64,000 bases of DNA, from IMG/VR virus record IMGVR_UViG_3300030202_002990, positions 1 through 64,000 of that record; one strand, given 5' to 3'. Positions within the stretch are counted from its first letter, which is position 1. Every line of letters begins with the position of its first letter. Below, one piece after another: positions 60,425 through 64,000 of this stretch. The notes beneath the pieces are model-generated. The model did no database searches, had not been told where the DNA came from, and saw only the letters and a list, made by a program, of their open reading frames with translations. This DNA comes from a virus. Made by a program: the position numbers and the translations under genes.

Positions 60425-60898
60425 TTATGAGATTTTTACTGAAGTCCTCTTTGGAAGTTCAGGTTCGGTTTTAGGAATATCAATGGATAGTAAACCATCT
60501 TTAAAAGATGCTTTAATATTATCTCCATCCAATAGTTCACCCAATTCGAATGAACGCTTAAATGATGAATGTTTTAATTCCCTACGAATAACCTTGGCTC
60601 CCTCATCATCAAACAAACCATGTTTGTCACCTGAGATAGTTAATACACCATCTTCGACTTCTACTGATAAGTCTTTTTTATCCAAACCAGGTATCTCTGC
60701 TACTACACCGATTTTATCATCGTATTCGTATACATTTACCTTTGGATATGCTGAACCTTGAAATGGTTTAACACCAACGGACTTGTTAATATCAGGAAAG
60801 TTACTTTCCACGATTTGGTCAAACATCCTATCAAATGGTGTTAAAAAAGAATCCCTATCGATTATAGGGAATGCACGATTTAAAACTACTTTAGTCAT
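60425..60898 (-). CDS. Small heat-shock protein Hsp20 / alpha-crystallin family
   Basis: YPKVNVYE, AEIPGLDKKDLSVEVEDGVLTISG, FKRSFEL, ASFKDGLLSIDIPK. Confidence 0.93.
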   Translation of the reverse strand: MTKVVLNRAFPIIDRDSFLTPFDRMFDQIVESNFPDINKSVGVKPFQGSAYPKVNVYEYDDKIGVVAEIPGLDKKDLSVEVEDGVLTISGDKHGLFDDEGAKVIRRELKHSSFKRSFELGELLDGDNIKASFKDGLLSIDIPKTEPELPKRTSVKIS

Positions 60899-61297
60899 TT
60901 TGTTTCTCCTTGTTTTGTTTACTTTGTAGTCAAACTTGTATCCTCATTTGAGCGATACAAATATCGAGATACTCTACCACAATTGTGCGTATTATATCTC
61001 AATAATAATATATATATAATTAAATCATAAAAAACATATTTTTTTTGCTAAATTCTGTATTCTCGTAGTATCTTTTTTGGAATAAACCAAATACGGCCCA
61101 TAGTGTCTTTAACCCTAACATGACCGTTAGGTTTACTCTCGTGTTCAGTTACTAACTCACCTTTATATAATATACCCTCTGCTGTTGGGTAATCTTTTAT
61201 AACCGTATACTTCATTCATCCCACCTATAATACCTATACATTTGTGTTGTTGTAGAGGTTTTGTATGGAACAACTATTTCATATATCATACTTATCC

Positions 61298-61789
61298 TTA
61301 CGAGTTTTCCTCGGCTGGTTTATCAACCAAATCTTCTTTCTTAGCTGCCTTTTCTGTTTCAATCTCTGATACAAACGCCTTCTTCTTACCACCATCATAT
61401 TCATAAGCGTGTCCTTCGTTAATTAATATATCATTTATACTAACTAATCCATCAGAAGACTTATCAACATTCTCTGATACTTCATGTCCTACTGCATCTG
61501 GTGAAACAAATATCTCACCCAACACTCTACCGAATTTACCAGTTCCATGTGAAACAATTTTAAAAGTTCCAGCCTCTAATAACTCTTTGTTACGAGCTTT
61601 AGCCGCCAAACCTTTTTCTTTTTCAGCTAAATCTCTTGTTCTACTTTCCCAAGTATCAATACCCATGTATCGAATTCTCTTTTTAATTTTTAAATCGAAA
61701 CCCAAATCAATATAACAATCTATTGTATCTCCATCTAAAACTCTAACTAATGTGCCGTTATACTCAAACGACGCTGGTTTTTTTGCCAT
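61298..61789 (-). CDS. Thermonuclease (SNase-like) family protein
   Basis: RVLDGDTID, RIRYMGIDTWESR, GKFGRVLG, INDILINEGHA. Confidence 0.88.
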   Translation of the reverse strand: MAKKPASFEYNGTLVRVLDGDTIDCYIDLGFDLKIKKRIRYMGIDTWESRTRDLAEKEKGLAAKARNKELLEAGTFKIVSHGTGKFGRVLGEIFVSPDAVGHEVSENVDKSSDGLVSINDILINEGHAYEYDGGKKKAFVSEIETEKAAKKEDLVDKPAEENS

Positions 61790-61827
61790 TTTTTTCTCCT
61801 ATACCGATAAGAGAAAAACTATTCAAA

Positions 61828-62127
61828 TTAACCTACTCTTAAATTTCTTAATCCAAGTACCTTTGCAATAATCATAATATCATCATCCCAAAGTAATTTT
61901 TCCATCTTATCGAAAATCTTATCAATTGTACTACGAGTCACACCTAAGTCAAGTGTAACACCATTGTGATAATAATTATCTGCTGGTTGACCTTTTACGA
62001 CATTTTGTACAACACTCTTCAGTACCTTATAATCTAAAAACGCTGGATAATCACTTCGTATATAATGTTTTGATTTGTCTCCCATTACAACGAATTTATC
62101 AAACTCTGACCATCTTTCTTTTTTCAC
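61828..62127 (-). CDS. Hypothetical protein
   Basis: ORF track; GAGG SD. Confidence 0.55.
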   Translation of the reverse strand: MKKERWSEFDKFVVMGDKSKHYIRSDYPAFLDYKVLKSVVQNVVKGQPADNYYHNGVTLDLGVTRSTIDKIFDKMEKLLWDDDIMIIAKVLGLRNLRVG

Positions 62128-62287
62128 TTCTAACCTCTATTTGTTTTTTTATTTTTTTTAAAATATATCTCATGTAGGCAATCTAAACATAATTGTCCAA
62201 CACCTTTGATATAACCTATTCTAAATTTTATATGTTCCCAAGTATCGTAGATACTATCTACTCCACAAGTTACACATTTGTCTTTCA

Positions 62288-62803
62288 TTAAAAGAATTTA
62301 TTTATATTCGGTTCAAGTATAGTCTTGTCTTTGAATATCATATCGAATATTTCATCACCAAGTCCATCTGTTGAGTAGCTTGTAATTAAACCACTATCCA
62401 CCAACTTATCCAATTGAGACCAATACTTATCTTTTAGTCCATTATATATTAAATGTATTTCACAATTCGGAAATTTATTTCTAAAACATTGTGCCTTTAA
62501 TGCTATATCGGTTGCATCTTTTGATGCACAACCAGTAGATTTACAATCAAAGAATATCGGTACAACCTTATCATCTTGGAGAGTTTCAAAGACAAAATCC
62601 CAATGTACTGATTTATCTAAGTTTGAAAGTGGTATATCGTTTAGGTCGGAATAGTTAGCTGTATACTTAATTCCAACATCGGTGTTTCGATTTTTACCAT
62701 CGATACTCCAACCACTTTTATCTTCTACATAAACTCTAAGGTAATCTTCATTTACCTTACCTTGTGCACTTTCTTGTTTGAATGCGTGATTACCGTTCAT
62801 CAT
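62288..62803 (-). CDS. Putative PD-(D/E)XK nuclease
   Basis: QGKVNE...WDFVFE...FFDCKS spacing. Confidence 0.5.
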   Translation of the reverse strand: MMNGNHAFKQESAQGKVNEDYLRVYVEDKSGWSIDGKNRNTDVGIKYTANYSDLNDIPLSNLDKSVHWDFVFETLQDDKVVPIFFDCKSTGCASKDATDIALKAQCFRNKFPNCEIHLIYNGLKDKYWSQLDKLVDSGLITSYSTDGLGDEIFDMIFKDKTILEPNINKFF

Positions 62804-63191
62804 TAATATCCTTTACTAATATTTTTTCATCACTACCTACAGCTCTTTTGTAAATAGTTTTACCACCATCAGAGGATTCATATATCCACTCGGTTCCATC
62901 TCCATCAGGTCTCGTATCACTTATCTGTTCCACTAACCTATCCTTCTCTTTGAGTATTACATCTAAACCAGGAAAAGAATGTCTTTCCATATCTTCTTCC
63001 CAACGACCTTCGTGGAACCCATCTGCAAAATGTTTTGTTTCATTATTATCAGTTGGAAATTTTCTGTAATGACCTCGTTTCTTTAACTCTGTTGATATCG
63101 TGGAAGATATTAATTCTCTTGCTCCATCTGATTCGAGGTTCATTTGAGAACCACTCATACCATCCAATACTTCTTTTATTATTTCTTTCAT
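62790..63191 (-). CDS. Hypothetical phage protein
   Basis: WIYESSDGGKTIYKR motif. Confidence 0.65.
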   Translation of the reverse strand: MKEIIKEVLDGMSGSQMNLESDGARELISSTISTELKKRGHYRKFPTDNNETKHFADGFHEGRWEEDMERHSFPGLDVILKEKDRLVEQISDTRPDGDGTEWIYESSDGGKTIYKRAVGSDEKILVKDINDER

Positions 63192-63958
63192 TAGATACTC
63201 CCTATTTGTATAGACCTTGTTTGTTTTTCACCACCTCGGTGTACCTTTCGTTTATCTTGTGGTATCCATCCTATTCTGATAATCATTTCATCCCAAGGTA
63301 AACCTTTTGTATTACCATTTACATTCAAGTATGCATCATCCCATAAATCACATTCTTGTTTAATAGCGTTATTGAATGATATTCTCTTATTCATCAGACC
63401 CTTTACATCATCTATTTTTGTATGGATGTAAGTAAGAACTTCTGTTGGGTATCCGTTCTGCCAATTTTTAAGAACTTGTCGTAAAAATCTTGCTATATAA
63501 TCTTTATCGTGCTGTAACTCGGTTTGATAACATTGTCCTGTTTCATTAAAAAAATATTTAGGTGGTTGTGCCCCTTTATTACCCCTAACTTTCCAGCCGT
63601 GTTTTGGTTTGTTTTCCCAAGTGTTCTCAATCCAATCTTCAAATAGAGTATAGGATGATGGTGAATAAAAACTACCAGGATAAGTTACTATTTTCTTATG
63701 TCCTTTTTTGGCTGCAAATTTACAAATCTTTTTTGCGAGTTTACCTACCCTACTTGAATCCATAAAATATGGTTCCATCACTATCAATCTTTTTGTAACA
63801 TCACTTTCACTATTTGAAATCCAAGTCTTATTTATTGCCTTTAAACAGGAATGTATTAAATCATCATCAGAATTATCTTTACTATACTTCCTTGAATTTA
63901 ACCTACCTCTTAATTTTTCTTCCACATCTGCGTCTTGACATTTAACAATGTTGTTCAT
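63191..63958 (-). CDS. Hypothetical protein (true start may lie further upstream)
   Basis: 255-aa ORF near the right edge. Confidence 0.6.
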   Translation of the reverse strand: MNNIVKCQDADVEEKLRGRLNSRKYSKDNSDDDLIHSCLKAINKTWISNSESDVTKRLIVMEPYFMDSSRVGKLAKKICKFAAKKGHKKIVTYPGSFYSPSSYTLFEDWIENTWENKPKHGWKVRGNKGAQPPKYFFNETGQCYQTELQHDKDYIARFLRQVLKNWQNGYPTEVLTYIHTKIDDVKGLMNKRISFNNAIKQECDLWDDAYLNVNGNTKGLPWDEMIIRIGWIPQDKRKVHRGGEKQTRSIQIGSI

Positions 63959-64000
63959 AAAGAAGTTTTTTGAATTTGAAAGTAATACCTCTCTACCAAA

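Noticed and set aside
60899-61000. Hairpins upstream of hsp20 as an RNA thermometer or CIRCE
   Set aside because: No CIRCE consensus, and the hairpin GTATC-GCTCAAATGAG-GATAC does not cover the SD.
7972-63938. Remaining plus-strand ORFs in the track (other than 38308 and 38630) and nested minus ORFs such as 27132, 28898, 29558, 31594, 49550, 55864
   Set aside because: Nearly all overlap well-supported minus-strand genes or the tmRNA and show shadow-like composition.
1-64000. CRISPR array, diversity-generating retroelement, introns/inteins, stop-codon reassignment
   Set aside because: No regularly spaced repeats, reverse transcriptase or intein/homing motifs were noticed, and genes are long and tightly packed in the standard code. 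Checked by eye only.

Overview
This AT-rich window looks like part of a large, T4-like (myovirus-type) bacteriophage genome, probably marine. Almost all genes lie on the minus strand in the standard genetic code. 1-6964 is a >2300-aa repetitive tail-fibre-like gene that runs off the left edge and is missing from the ORF track. 7-17 kb holds a fused Mre11-Rad50 (SbcDC), primase, glycosyltransferase, resolvase-like nuclease and basic proteins sharing an N-terminal MIKLxxLLxE motif. 17-21.7 kb holds a holin plus a five-gene envelope module (beta-barrel, lipoprotein, MshEN-like membrane protein, thioredoxin-fold protein, Popeye/cNMP protein). 21.7-38 kb is the baseplate/tail block, interrupted by a ferredoxin. 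39-43 kb holds a TonB-C protein and four type IV pilin-like genes behind a candidate sigma54 promoter and enhancer. 43-64 kb is an early/accessory region: gp55-like sigma factor, HD hydrolase, two DNA methyltransferases, a MamI-like endonuclease, a tmRNA with a 38-codon tag, a GMP-reductase-like enzyme, a deformylase-SEC-C fusion, Hc1-like protein, J-domain protein, Hsp20 and thermonuclease. The best candidates for new biology are the phage pilin operon and the cyclic-nucleotide-receptor envelope module next to the holin. All calls come from motif recognition by eye; no searches were run.
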